Origin: Paramecium tetraurelia
Taxonomy: Eukaryota
Assembly (NCBI GenBank): GCA_000165425.1
Contig: CT868676.1
Span: 252,981 to 316,980, forward strand
Length of the DNA stretch: 64,000 bases
Direction of reading: 5' to 3'
The position numbers were made by a program, and so were the translations under genes. Shown piece after piece: positions 42,547 through 54,511 of the stretch. Within the stretch, counting starts at the first letter, position 1. Each line of letters begins with the position of its first letter. The notes beneath the pieces are model-generated. The model did not search any database, was not told where the DNA came from, and saw only the letters and a program-made list of their open reading frames with translations.

Positions 42547-43451
42547 TCACTTTCTTAATGAATTTTCAACTCTGTTGCATGTTTGATCTATCAAGTTGAT
42601 CAAACTCTCCTCAGTGGCTTCCCTCTCATTCTTTTCACTAGTTAATTCGCTATTCAAGTAATGGTTCATTTCATCCAACATCCTGAACATTTGACCTTAT
42701 GCTTGTTCTCTCTATTTCTTCTCAGTTGTCAAGATCTCTTACAATTTTAAGATGGAATCCCCCAACCTCTTGATTGTGTTTTGGTTTTGCTATTCCCTAT
42801 AGTAATTTATTTAATTTTGTGTACCTTTGTCTTCTCTCCTCCTCTACTTCCTCCTATAATTACAAAATACGATCCCCAATCTCCTGAGCATTCTTCTCTT
42901 CGGTTTCCTCTCTGTATTTCTTCTATCTAGCCAAATCCAATTTCAAGCTGTAAACCTTGTCATCTGTATTCTTAATTATTTTTCCTTCAAAATCTTTTCT
43001 ATTGATTTTTTCCGATTATAATTCCTTATTCAAAAATCCTTCTAATCCCTTTAAAATCTTTTGATCTCAATTTCTCGTCTCCCAGCCTACTTCTAAAACG
43101 ATCAATACCTCTCTGATGATTTTCTCATTTTGAGCACCCTCCTCAACCTTTTGGAGATTGTTCCTTCAACAACTTGAACTTGGAATCATCTCCCTAAGCC
43201 TACTTGGTTGCTCTGTCCTCTAAGATTTTGATCTTGCTTTCAAAAGTCTCCTTCTTAAACTAAGGAATTAGCAATACACTCTTACAGCTTGATCTTCATC
43301 AATCTAATGTTGGAGATTGGAGAGTTTTTCTGATAGCTGCGATATTTTTGCTCTGCTTGGTGATAGAGCCCTGTCACCTCCATATGGTTGTACATTTTGA
43401 AGCATTAACATTCGAACGTGATGGCGAGTAAAAGATCTTTGATGCAGACAT
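42547..43451 (-). CDS. SF-assemblin / striated-fibre coiled-coil protein
   Basis: LSPSRAKISQLSEKLSNLQHQIDEDQ...EREATEESLINLIDQTCNRVENSLRK*. Start ambiguous (43451 vs 43411, see findings). Confidence 0.75.
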
Positions 43452-43535
43452 TAATAATTAACAATAAAAATTATTTCTAAATATTTTTGATTCCTTAATC
43501 ATTTATAAACCAATCGAATAAATCTCATATTTATA

Positions 43536-44839
43536 ATGAATTTTTATTCAGAATTAAAGCACAACATGAGATTGGCAAAAGCCGATCAAGAATATAAAAA
43601 AAAATCCAATGAAACATTAACAAAAGCCCTAGAAGAAAATAAATTTGCTTGTGTTTGTCTCAAGGCTGAAAAATTCGATCTAGCCCTAAAACACTTTGAG
43701 AGTTCCTATCACACCATTCAAGAACAACTCGAAAGTACATTCATCCTCTAAATTAAGTCTAAAGCACAAACATCCTCATGAATCTAGGCAATTTTTATGC
43801 TTAACAAAAATAACATGAAAAAGCAGTCGAATATTATAAGAGAGTTATCACCTAATCGCCTTACTATGACGAATCCCAGAAAGTCCCCATCCTTCACTTC
43901 TGTTCTAAGATCAATTCATTTGAAGCCTTTGTTGATGCACACACCAATCTTGCTTGCCTATTAACAAACCTAGATAAACCAGACGAAGCCTACGAATATT
44001 GCTTAAAGGCAATTCAATTATAACCAAATAACTACGAAGCTTAAATCAATTTTGGCGATTTGCTTAGACAACTTGGAAGACAAAAGGAAGCCATTGATCA
44101 CACATGGAAATAAATTGTCTCTATCAGCGATTAAGGCTATGAGGAACCTAAGAAAATAGATGTGAAATCAACCCCTATTGAAGAAAATGAACTAGTCAAT
44201 GTGATATGCATGAAATGGGGAACCAAATATGGACCTGACTATGTTAACAAGTTGTTTAATGGGTTTAAGAGACACTGCACTAGATAATTTAATTTTATTT
44301 GCGTCACTGATGATCCTAAAGACTTACAAGAGGGAATAATGACTAGAGAATTGAAAAAGGGCTGGACTGGTTGGTGGGGCAAAGCAACTCTGTTTATGGA
44401 TTACTATGAGTATCCCCCAGGGAAGTTGTTTTTTATTGATCTTGATATGATAATTACTGGAAATGTTGATGAAATTATGGGATATAAGGGAGCATTTGGA
44501 ATCTTGAAAACAGATGAGATTGCATGTGAAAAATAAAATAAAAATGGATATAACAGCAGTATAGTTATTTGGAATAACAGGGAGGTTTTCAAAAGAATTT
44601 TCACGGAATTAGATTCCAATTGGAAGAATATATAAAAATTCATTGTGAGATTCGATTTCTGGTTAGAGATGATTGTGGAAAATGCAGATTTTCTACAAGA
44701 TATTTACCCTACACAAATATCTGATTTTGTATTCGAATGTAAACAGTAAGTGCCTTAAAATACAAGAATTGTTACATTCCCAAGAATGCCAAAACCTGAT
44801 TCATATCCAGCAGAATGGATAAAAGAATATTGGATATGA
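43536..44839 (+). CDS. TPR-repeat protein fused to a C-terminal GT-A (GT8-like) glycosyltransferase domain
   Basis: TPR motifs (LMNLGNFY..AVEYY, AHTNLA..EAYEYCLKAIQLQPNNYEAQINFG). Then VICMKWGTKYGPDYVNKL, CVTDD, GWWGK, FIDLD (DxD), YNSSIVIW, IVTFPRMPKP. One 23-nt intron near 43735. Confidence 0.85.
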
Positions 44840-45009
44840 TAATGTTAATTATTCATTGTAAAATTTAAATTGAAATTCTAAAATTGTAAATATAAATCTA
44901 AATCGCTTTTTAAATCACTGCTAATTTCAAAACAATTTAACAAAATTTCAATTGAATGAGCTATTATATTTCTCTAATATTACTAATTATTTTATATTAA
45001 AATAATTAT

Positions 45010-46300
45010 ATGTATTTTTTATAATTCATTTGGTAAGTATAATAACGACAGGAAGAGTCATTCTGTTTTACAGATTTAGACAATCCTTATACTAATTAGG
45101 CTGTTTGCTAAATAAAAGAAGATATATTTAGTAATGTCATTGAGTGATGTTTACATTAGAAAACTTAAATATAATTGGGATCTATCAAAGTTTAATGGGT
45201 CATCTAAAATGATTTGGGATTGATTTTATCGTTTCTTATTAGGAACTCTTTTTCATTCAGTAAATCGATGTGTTAATGATAATGTTGTAAGCCTAATTCC
45301 AACTAATTTTTAATACTGCTATAAAACGAAAGGGAATTTACAAGTAATTGCATAAACTATCCCAGAATTCTATGTATGTTTCAAGGAAATCATGAAAATG
45401 TGTATTAAGGCAAAGAAATGAGAAAGAGAGGGAAAGGATTTACAAGAATATATAAGTAAACAGAATAATTGTAAATATCTGAACCAAAACTTGAACTAGG
45501 GAAGGCGCAAAAAAGAACAACCAATTTATGATTAATATACTATGAGCAAAGTTGTCATAATTAAATAGAAAATGTAATAGAAATCAGGAGCAAAATCAAC
45601 TTCTGGTGGTGTTAAATCACTAGATGATAGTGTGACAAAAAAATAAGTTTAAACTTTGGATTTTACAAATAAGAATTTAGTTTAAGTCTAAACTAATTAA
45701 AATCAGAAATAAATGACTTAAGAATAGAAATATGAACTCAGAAAATAATTTGTGCAAAGTTAGGGTGTTTATTTAAAGCATCTCATTACAATTTGTGATA
45801 ATTTCAGCACAGGGCTGGGCTGGGCTTTTGAGTAATAAAAGACTCAAGAATAATGTTTAGGGATACCAGTTATGAAGAAGAGTAAAAAAGAATGGTGCTC
45901 CTGAGATTGCTCATTAAGCTTTAAGGGAAGGAATAATAAAATATTAATGTTGCTTTAATGGATACAGCTGATAGAATGCAAAACAATGAATCATCAATAA
46001 GACAATTACCATGAATAGGAACAATGCACAATCCTGATCTTATAGTATTTGTGGGAGAAGCCTTGGTTGGTAATGATGGATTGGGTTAATTTTAATAAGA
46101 ATTTGATTTTAATTAGTTCAAAGGATATATAAGGGGGATTGATGCTATAATACTGAGCAAGTTTGATACTGTTGATGAGAAAGGTAATTGATTACATTAT
46201 ATTGTGTAGTTGGCGCGGGTTTATCATTGAGTTCAGGGGGGGACAAAGCAATACTTTTATTTTCAGTAGGACAGAAATATAGGCATTTAAAGAAAAGAAT
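45010..46300 (+). pseudogene. SRPRA: signal recognition particle receptor alpha pseudogene
   Basis: Recognisable DTADRMQNNE, NPDLIVFVGEALVGNDG, GIDAIILSKFDTVDEKG. In-frame TGA at 46012-46014, frameshifts, and no intact P-loop found. Confidence 0.85.
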
Positions 46301-46410
46301 GGAGTTGTACGAGGGTTATTGCAATGAAAGAATTGAAAATATACATAATATCCAAATATAAAAACAAAATTTGAATTCCAAAAAGTAATTAATAATTTTA
46401 ACGGAATCAA

Positions 46411-47710
46411 ATGGCTTTAGATGAAACATGGGTGTTGTCTTGTGCATTCTTCTCTGTCCTAGGACTACTAGGATATTCAATGATAGCTGCCGGAGCTGTC
46501 AGATACAAATCAGTACAATCGGCTATTATAACAATTTTATTGGGTGGAATCTTAACAATTCTTGCTTTCTACATTGTAAGACAATCGAATATCAAATTAG
46601 ACTGGCTATGCATTTGCATTTGGATAGGATTCAAACAAATTCATTGGAAAATCATTATTTGCCGCTGCATCATTTGAATCAACACCAAACAGAAATGATT
46701 ATGACAACTTTGTTTTCCACACAATAGCTGCCATTTTCGTTACTTCAATCTTCGCTTTTGGAACATTGGAGAGATCAAGATTCTTCTCATTCAGTTTTGG
46801 GGTGATCATTTTACAAGGACTCTTGTATCCAATAGTTGTGCATTGGACTTTTGGAAAGGGATGGTTGAGTACATTCGGATTCCAAGACTTTGGAGGCAGC
46901 TCAGTAATCCACGCATTTGGAGGTGTTACTGCTTTGGTGGCATCATTATTATTACAAGAGCGTAGAGATCAAAATGGAAAAATTCATCCAGGAATCTTCC
47001 CACATCATGCTCCATTCTTCGTCGGAATCGGTACAATCTTACTTGTTGTTGTATAAATCATCTTCCTCTCTGGATTGAATAGAGGATCAGCAACTTATGT
47101 CAAGGGATTAGTTCCTGTGAACACTTTGTTGGCTGCATCATTTGGTGGATTGAGTAGTTATGTCTCATACTATTTGAAGAAAGAAAAAACCAGTTTAATC
47201 ACAATTGCTAGAGGTGCTCTTGCAGGAGTAGTGGCAGTCAGTGCAAGTGTTGATGATATCTAATTATGGGCAGCTGCCTTCATCGGAACTTTGGCTGGAA
47301 TCTCATATCTTGTCGTATAATTAATAGTTAAAAGATCTCATGTAGATGATCCAGGATAAGCAGTTGGTGCTCATCTCGTTCCAGGAATCCTTGGAACCCT
47401 ATTATATGGTATATTGTCAAGATCACATGGATTGTTTTATGGCAACAATCTAAAATAGTTTGGAATCTAAATTGTAGGAGTACTCTCTATTGCTGGATGG
47501 GCTCTCCTCATTTTAGCAGTATTGGTACCATTGAAAGGTTTTGGAATCTTCAAGATTAAACCTGAATAGGAATCCTTGGGAATCGATTAAAGCTATGGTA
47601 TGTGAATCATATTTATATTGTTAGCTGGTGGTGAGGCTTATGTTTTCAGTGACTAAACTGTAGAAACAAAATCATTATTGAACTCATAAAAGAAATCCAT
47701 ATTCCATTGA
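46411..47710 (+). CDS. ammonium transporter (Amt)
   Basis: YPIVVHWTFGKGWL, QDFGGSSVIH, NTLLAAS, GALAGVVAVSA, VDDPGQAVGAH. Confidence 0.93.
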
Positions 47711-47745
47711 TACATCGAATAATTATACATAAATATATATATAAA

Positions 47746-49932
47746 TCATTTTAAAACAATATTCCAAATTCCGAAGTCATTCTTGCCCTCAACACTTATG
47801 ATGAAATTATATTTATCAAATTCCAATTGTTTCAATAATCTTATCTCGGAAGGCGGGTATCTGAATCTATTTTCTATCTATAGTTTTTAAGCGTATTATT
47901 TACATCAAAATTTTTATTCAATGTGAGAAAATGATCATATACTGTACTATGCATGAACACAAGGAATTTTTGATTGATTTGGATACAATCTATAAACTCG
48001 ACTTCCTTCTCCTCTTTCTCAAACAGGATCAATCTCAAATACTTCTTGATGTTCTTAAAATTAGGTTATTTGATATAATTACTATTTTTTGAGGTTCAAA
48101 TGATTTATCGTTATTTTTGATCTTCAACATATCCAAGATTGTAATGACTCCCTAGTTACTCAATATCAAAACTCTGTTGTTATTGATCACCTTAGATTTT
48201 ACAATGCAATCTTTCCCTTAAACTTACTACTTAATTAGTGTGGTCTTGAAATATATGGAATAATTCTATTTGGTTGTTAAAATTAAGAAATCGCTGCAAA
48301 ATTCAATGCTTTTGATTATTTACTACTTGACTTCAACTTTATACATCTCCTACATTTCTCCCTCGTATATTTTAGAGCTATCGAATGAGAATTTCCACAC
48401 TTTAATTGTGTCCACAGTTTGGGATGCAAATTCTAATTCATTACTAAACTTCGAATATTCTATCCTTGTTCTGATATAATTCTCATTGATGAACTTCAAT
48501 TTCTCAATAGGTTGATTGTGAAGATCCCTGAATTCAGTCAACAATTCAATGTCTTTAATATCTTGAAAAAGAAACAACTTCACTATGTATCCCAAATCCA
48601 CATATTTCTCATTAGTTACTTTGATGTTCCTACCAACAGTAAGAAACATGCCTGGAGTTTAACAGACTTCCACATCTCTCAATTCCTGATGGGGTTTGAT
48701 TTAATGTTGGTTTACTATAGAAATGTCAGGTCCGTCAATTTAAATAGTAAATAAATTCAAGGTGCCTTCCTTTCCAGATGTGATACAAATGTTACCCTGA
48801 ATGCTAATTACATCAAGAAGATTTTAATGAATTGAATTGACAACCATAATTCTTTTAAGATCTTGTCCTGCATTATCTAATTTTGCCTTTTGGGGAGTGA
48901 TTTGTGAGATAGTTTACAAATTCGAATCACTCCTCGCTGTATGATGCATGAAGTCTAAAGATTTAAGTAACTCTAGTTTCCTCTGTTTAGGAATTCTGGC
49001 AGTTTTAAGTTTGAAGATATTCTAATATTCACCTTCATTTTGGAGTGGTGGTGGCAATGATACATTATGTTTTCTAGAAACATAATTGGGCTATTCGACT
49101 TTCAACTAAAGGTTTTAGTCGATGACCATATCTTTGATTTTAAATTACTTGGCAATCATATTAGTCCTATTGAGATTGAAGTGTTCATTTTTAACTGAAA
49201 CCTTTACCTTTTCCATTTGTTATAGAAATTGCTTTGCATAATTCTCAACCTAATTACCCAATGGTTCCAAAATTTATTTTAAATGAGTTTGAAACAATTC
49301 TACTAACCCTTGAATCTAAAATTAAACTCAAAATCTTTACTTTCTTTTCATAATAATCTTTCTCCAATTATCCAGTATGCAATCTATACAATAAATTGTT
49401 CCCATCCTTCGTTGATATCTTCTGCTCGAAAGCCTGCAAAACACCCTTGACAATCATATGACTGCATTCTCGATTACTTATTATCTAGAATTTAATACTT
49501 TAAAACTGCTGAAGAAAAACTCTCATCAATAATCTAATTCACAAATTCGATAATCATTTTTTTACCTTATTTGATTCCATCAACCAATTGGTTTATGTAT
49601 TTTTAAATCTAATCTTCGAGCATTTTAACGTACTAAGCTTACATATCCTGCTTAATATTTTGAGTGTTAGAAACGTAAATTTTTGTTTTTGTATTTAAAT
49701 CAGCTCCATATAATACCACTTCTGGACTAGGAATTTATAATTAATATATGTACTAGCCTCCTTTTAAAAACTATTCTGCTAAATTCATAAACTGTTACAA
49801 ATCAACTAACCTATGGCCTGCATGATCATTGCTTGATTTTATGCATTCATCACAAAGAAGTTTTGATGAACATTGATTTTCACAACAGACTTATTTTATG
49901 AAACGTAAATGAAAGTCACAAATTTATTACAT
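47746..49932 (-). CDS. B-box-like zinc finger, coiled coil and WD40-repeat protein
   Basis: MQQICDFH...CCENQC...LCDEC...HAGH. C-terminal CITSGKEGTLNL, LTVGRNIKV, DTIKVWKF, FGIWNI. Confidence 0.75.
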
Positions 49933-50288
49933 AAATTAAATCCTTATTCAAAGAATTGTATAAGTTATTGTTAAAGAAGGAAATATTGGATTCGATCCTC
50001 AACATACCCCATTAAATTATATAATATCAATCCAAGAAAGAATGGTCAAGAAATCTTATAGATAATTCCATCTTTTTTTGATTCAATTCTAAAATTTCGC
50101 CTTCTTAACCGCTGTCGTTAGGAGATCAGATCAAACCCTATAAAACTCACTTACATATATTGCACACTTCAATACAGATTATCTATTCCATATAAAGATT
50201 ATAATAATTCTGCAGGGGAGGGGAACTCATCAGCTATATAATAGATGATTATGTAAAATTTGATTATGATATTATCATTCTCATACTC

Positions 50289-50615
50289 TCATAAGTTTTT
50301 TGCGATATCAGCAGGGGCGTTGGCTTTGACCACTTACACATATTCAACTTTGGCTTATTCCTTAGACTTTCCTTTATTGGCATTCCAAGCATCCCATTTT
50401 GCTCTTCCCTTTTAGTCAAGAATTCCTGGTTTGCCTAAAAGAATTATAAGGTTGACAAATTACCAATATCAATGTCACCAACTGTTGCTTACTTGTATAA
50501 TCCATAGATCTACAATTTTGTTTGATCATTCAATTTATTAACGAATGATTTAACTTCTTCTGTTGCCAATTCAAACTATGAAATAATGAGAAAATATCTT
50601 TACATTCTCTGCCAT
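50289..50615 (-). CDS. ACBP: acyl-CoA-binding protein
   Basis: KLQIYGLYKQATVGD..KPGILDQKGRAKWDAW...KEQAKVEYV. Two introns. Confidence 0.97.
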
Positions 50616-50723
50616 TTGGATTAAAATAATATATAAAAGATTTATTATTTATTCACATATATGAATATGAATAATGAATGATTTTATCCAAAATTCTGGA
50701 ATAAATTGTTACATAAACATTGA

Positions 50724-51908
50724 TCAATTCTCGATGGCTATTGAATTTCTGATTAATTAGCCAATAAGATTAGTCCTATGATCGTTGATCATGATCTAAA
50801 AGTCCTGGTCTACAAGATGATCGCCATTTAATAATTTATCTCGATAGTATTTTAAATAATGGTGATCTTCATTTGTTACTTTTAATTCAGAGGATTTGAG
50901 ATAATCCAAGAAATCCATAAATTATCTCATTTAATTGTTATGCAATTCAATTTTATACTTTAATTTCCTGACCCATTTAAAACGAAGCTATTATAATTAT
51001 TTCTTTGTTGGCTAGATGCTATCTGGTTTTTCGCTGTAAACTGATAGTTTCTATTAAAATTACAATTATCTTACAGCTGCCATGCTTCGCTCTCTGGTTT
51101 CCTCAGTTTTGAAAATAATTTCCTTGACTTTGGCTTTCCTCATGTCTACGATGTAATATACTATTTAAGTTACTTCGAATTTCGTTGTTCTAGTCAATGG
51201 TGTATTTAAGAGATGAGGACCTATCTCTAGCTGTTGGAGAGTCGATTACATTAAGAAATTGAGATTTTATAGTGTGTGTTGAATTATCCTCATTTCTGCA
51301 TGACTTGACCTGAGTGTGTTTAGTTTGAACAATGGGTGAAAGCAGAGGGTATTGATCTCGCGTAGTCTCAATCCCGCTCAAAAGAGTCTCAACCTTCTTC
51401 AGTGATGCTTTGATGTTCTCATGTTTATGACGAGATTTTTTGATGATGTTGTTAAATGTCTTTCTGAAAAGGTATTACTATAGAAATAGACAATGCATAG
51501 AAGTACCTCAACGAAAGGTAAATTCTTGTCATTACTTTTTTAGGGTTCATTTTGGAGAATACGGGAACGGTTCAATAGTTTTTATTGTAATTTCACTTAG
51601 TTTAACCTATGAAATCATATTTGATCATTACTCTCTGTTTTAAACTTTTATATAATCAATCATCTTGCCTTGATCAAGTGATTGATGCTTCTGTTGTTAA
51701 AGTAACCTATTGTGCTTGAAATTTTAGTTAAATGATTCTCTACGTTAACTTTATTGATGCATCAGACTCTCTAAATCTGACAATTTCTTAAGCTTGAACT
51801 TCCTCAATTTGATTATTGGTTCATCATTAAAGAAGAGAGCTAATCTGTAGATATTAAATAAATACGATCATCTGAGATATCAATTCTCTTTCTTTATTTT
51901 AATTACAT
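50724..51908 (-). CDS. hypothetical low-complexity protein
   Basis: Continuous code-6 model using three 25-29 nt introns (MQLKQRKRIDISDDPLFFNDEP...LIRNSIAIEN*). Confidence 0.6.
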
Positions 51909-51967
51909 TCAGATGGATTAAATAATAGGAATTGGAGGATTTAAATTAAAATTACACATTCCAAAAA

Positions 51968-53950
51968 ATGCATGAGATATACTAAGAGTCCTGAATTGTT
52001 GACTACCCAGCACCTCATTTGGATCTAGATGTAAATAAGTTATTATTATGAAATTATAGATCTGATTGTTAAGTCTATTCTGAGTTGAGTCACTATCAAA
52101 TGAAGAACTTTATGCTCTCAAAATACATAAGTATGCTGATTATACACCTTTTATAACACACATTGTCATAAAAATTACTGATTTGAGATAATGAATAAAA
52201 AAAAATAAATAGAATAGAATAGATTCCTATCAAATGCAATTAGAAAACGAAAAATCAAATTCATTCATAAAAGTATTATGAATTGAATAAGAACAGGTCG
52301 TTTATGATGAGTAATAATAAAAGAAAAGGTTGTTAGTACTAAATTTAAATGCATTCAAGAGAATGAAACATTAAGAAAGATTATAAAAGATTTCAATCAT
52401 AGATCTGTATCATAGATTCTCTTGTATCCATAATACAAAGTAGGTTATTGAATTTCATTAATTATAACTAGCTACTTCAAAATTTATCTACCATACAGAG
52501 TGCTATAATCTCTATTATGATTTTGAATGGATGGAAAGTTTTATACTAATAAAGTATCAATCCCTGTTTACAAAAATGATGATTTTTATATTAATTAAAT
52601 AAAATTTAATTATTAGGATAATTAAAAATTGTAATAGACTTCCTTAAATAACAACTATAAAAATCATTACAATATTTCATCTCTAACTATTGAAGATCTC
52701 AATGATTGAGATTGATTAGCAAGGAGTTACAATTATTTTATTGAATGAGAAATTTTAAGAAATAGAAAAATAATATTAAAAGTAGAGTATTTGCAAAAAA
52801 CAAATATCAAAAATAGCACTTTGTTAAAATGTAATATCATCTAAAAAACCTATTTAAGATGAATTTACAAACTCAAATAAAATTTTAAACACCTAAAACT
52901 AAGCTATAGGAAGATTAAATCAACAATAACAATCTAGGATGTTTCTTCGATATTGCAAAAATAAATAAAGAGGTTAGAATTCATTATAAATCTTTATTTC
53001 CGAGAAAAATGGATGAAAAGATTAAGAAAAAATCTATGTAATCAGTATTAGCCAAGTAGGTATTTCTAATAAACTCAGACATTTTTATGAAATTAACCAT
53101 CCATTATCTTTTATATAATTGCCTCAGACTTCATTTGATACGCCTGATTTATATTAATTAATTTAAAATATGAATTAATCTATCTCTCAAATTGCTAAAT
53201 TTAAAGAACTCCTCTAATTCAAAAGAAGAATGGCGAGAATAAGGATTAAATATTATGTTACATAAAATAAGAGATGAGAAAATTGTGAAGCAGTTAGTAT
53301 CTAACAAGAAAGATGTAGTTTAAATTTATCTTAATTAAGTGATCTCTTTAGATAATTCGAAAAATCTTAGCCTGTTTGCTTCACTCTACTTCCATGCTGA
53401 AGTATTTTCAGATGGCTTAACATTATTTCCTCAAGAGACCATCCCCAGAAGCTTAAATACTACATTTTTGGTCATATTTTAAAGTAAATGAAAATAAATT
53501 AATTACTTTAAATGCTCATGGATCCTTCATTTCAAGCGTACTATCCATCTTCTAAAAACCAGTCTATGAGGGAACTCATTAGTTCTTAAATAATTTTGGT
53601 TTTGAAGTTCGTTTCACCATTCATTTAAGGGTTACTCTCAACAAAAGGAACAATTTAGAGACATCAATTAAAGTATTGCAAATAGAGTCAACTCCTGTAG
53701 TAAATTGTAATTTTTAGAATTAAAAACATGTGAGGAACCGTGAAGACTTTGATAGTTATTAATGGAATGATGTTCTTATACATTATTAAATCTAAGATAA
53801 ATAACTTGAATAATAATAAGGAATATGAATTAGGTCATCAATTCGATATTAAACATTGAAATAATTAAAAATAAAGACAATTTGTAGATATACAAAATTG
53901 ATTGAATCCATTTATCATGATTTTAAAGTTTCAAAATTAAATTATAAAAT
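51968..53950 (+). pseudogene. decayed unidentified gene
   Basis: Coding-like composition with readable patches (HFYEINHPLSFIQLPQTSFDTPDLY) but repeated TGA stops and frame switches. Confidence 0.4.
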
Positions 53951-54026
53951 CATGATTTTCTTCTCAAATGTTGTGAATTTAAGCATGTATCTTATAGGAT
54001 GTTAATTTGTATATGTATTATAAAAT

Positions 54027-54500
54027 TCATACTGGAGAACTAGAGGTATCGCGTTATAAGCTGAATTTAGATTTTTCAGTAACTTTATTTGGAAATTGTA
54101 GTAAAGGGGTGCTTCCTAAATTTTGGGGAGTACGTCTTCCGATAATTGAATTCATTTGTAATTACATTGTAGGCTTCTTACTTATCTAAGGTGGAGTCAT
54201 AGTAGTCGAATTAATTTCTTTTTCTTCCATAAAAGTTGTTTGTGCTCTTTTAAATTGCCGCTTTCTCTTAAAATATCTCTCTTGCTTAGCTCTTGGATCC
54301 GTTTTCATTTTAATGCCAAGTTCCTTGAGATAGGAGACAATGCTTCGTTCTATGTTCAAGCTAGCTGGTTATTCCGGCGAGTATTCTAATAATTACAGTT
54401 CAACAGAAACATCTGAAACTCCGCTGTAGCATTCATCCTCTTAATCAGAAACTTATAAATTTTCAAAATCAATATGCAGCTGTACTGGATTATCAACCAT
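54027..54500 (-). CDS. 157-aa hypothetical protein
   Basis: Intronless MVDNPVQLHIDFENLQ...SYLKELGI...KRKRQFKRAQT...SSSPV*. Confidence 0.75.
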
Positions 54501-54511
54501 TTTTATTTATT

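Noticed and set aside
43735..43790. Apparent premature TGA in the TPR-GT gene
   Set aside because: Removing a 23-nt GTA..AAG intron restores the frame.
46012..46014. In-frame TGA as selenocysteine or readthrough
   Set aside because: It is not a catalytic Cys position, and accompanying frameshifts indicate a pseudogene.
50122..50236. Box C/D snoRNA or hammerhead-like signal on the minus strand (CUGAUGAG...CUGA)
   Set aside because: Box C lacks the leading purine, the terminal stem is at most 2 bp, there is no GAAA hammerhead core, and I recognised no rRNA guide. An Rfam search would be needed.
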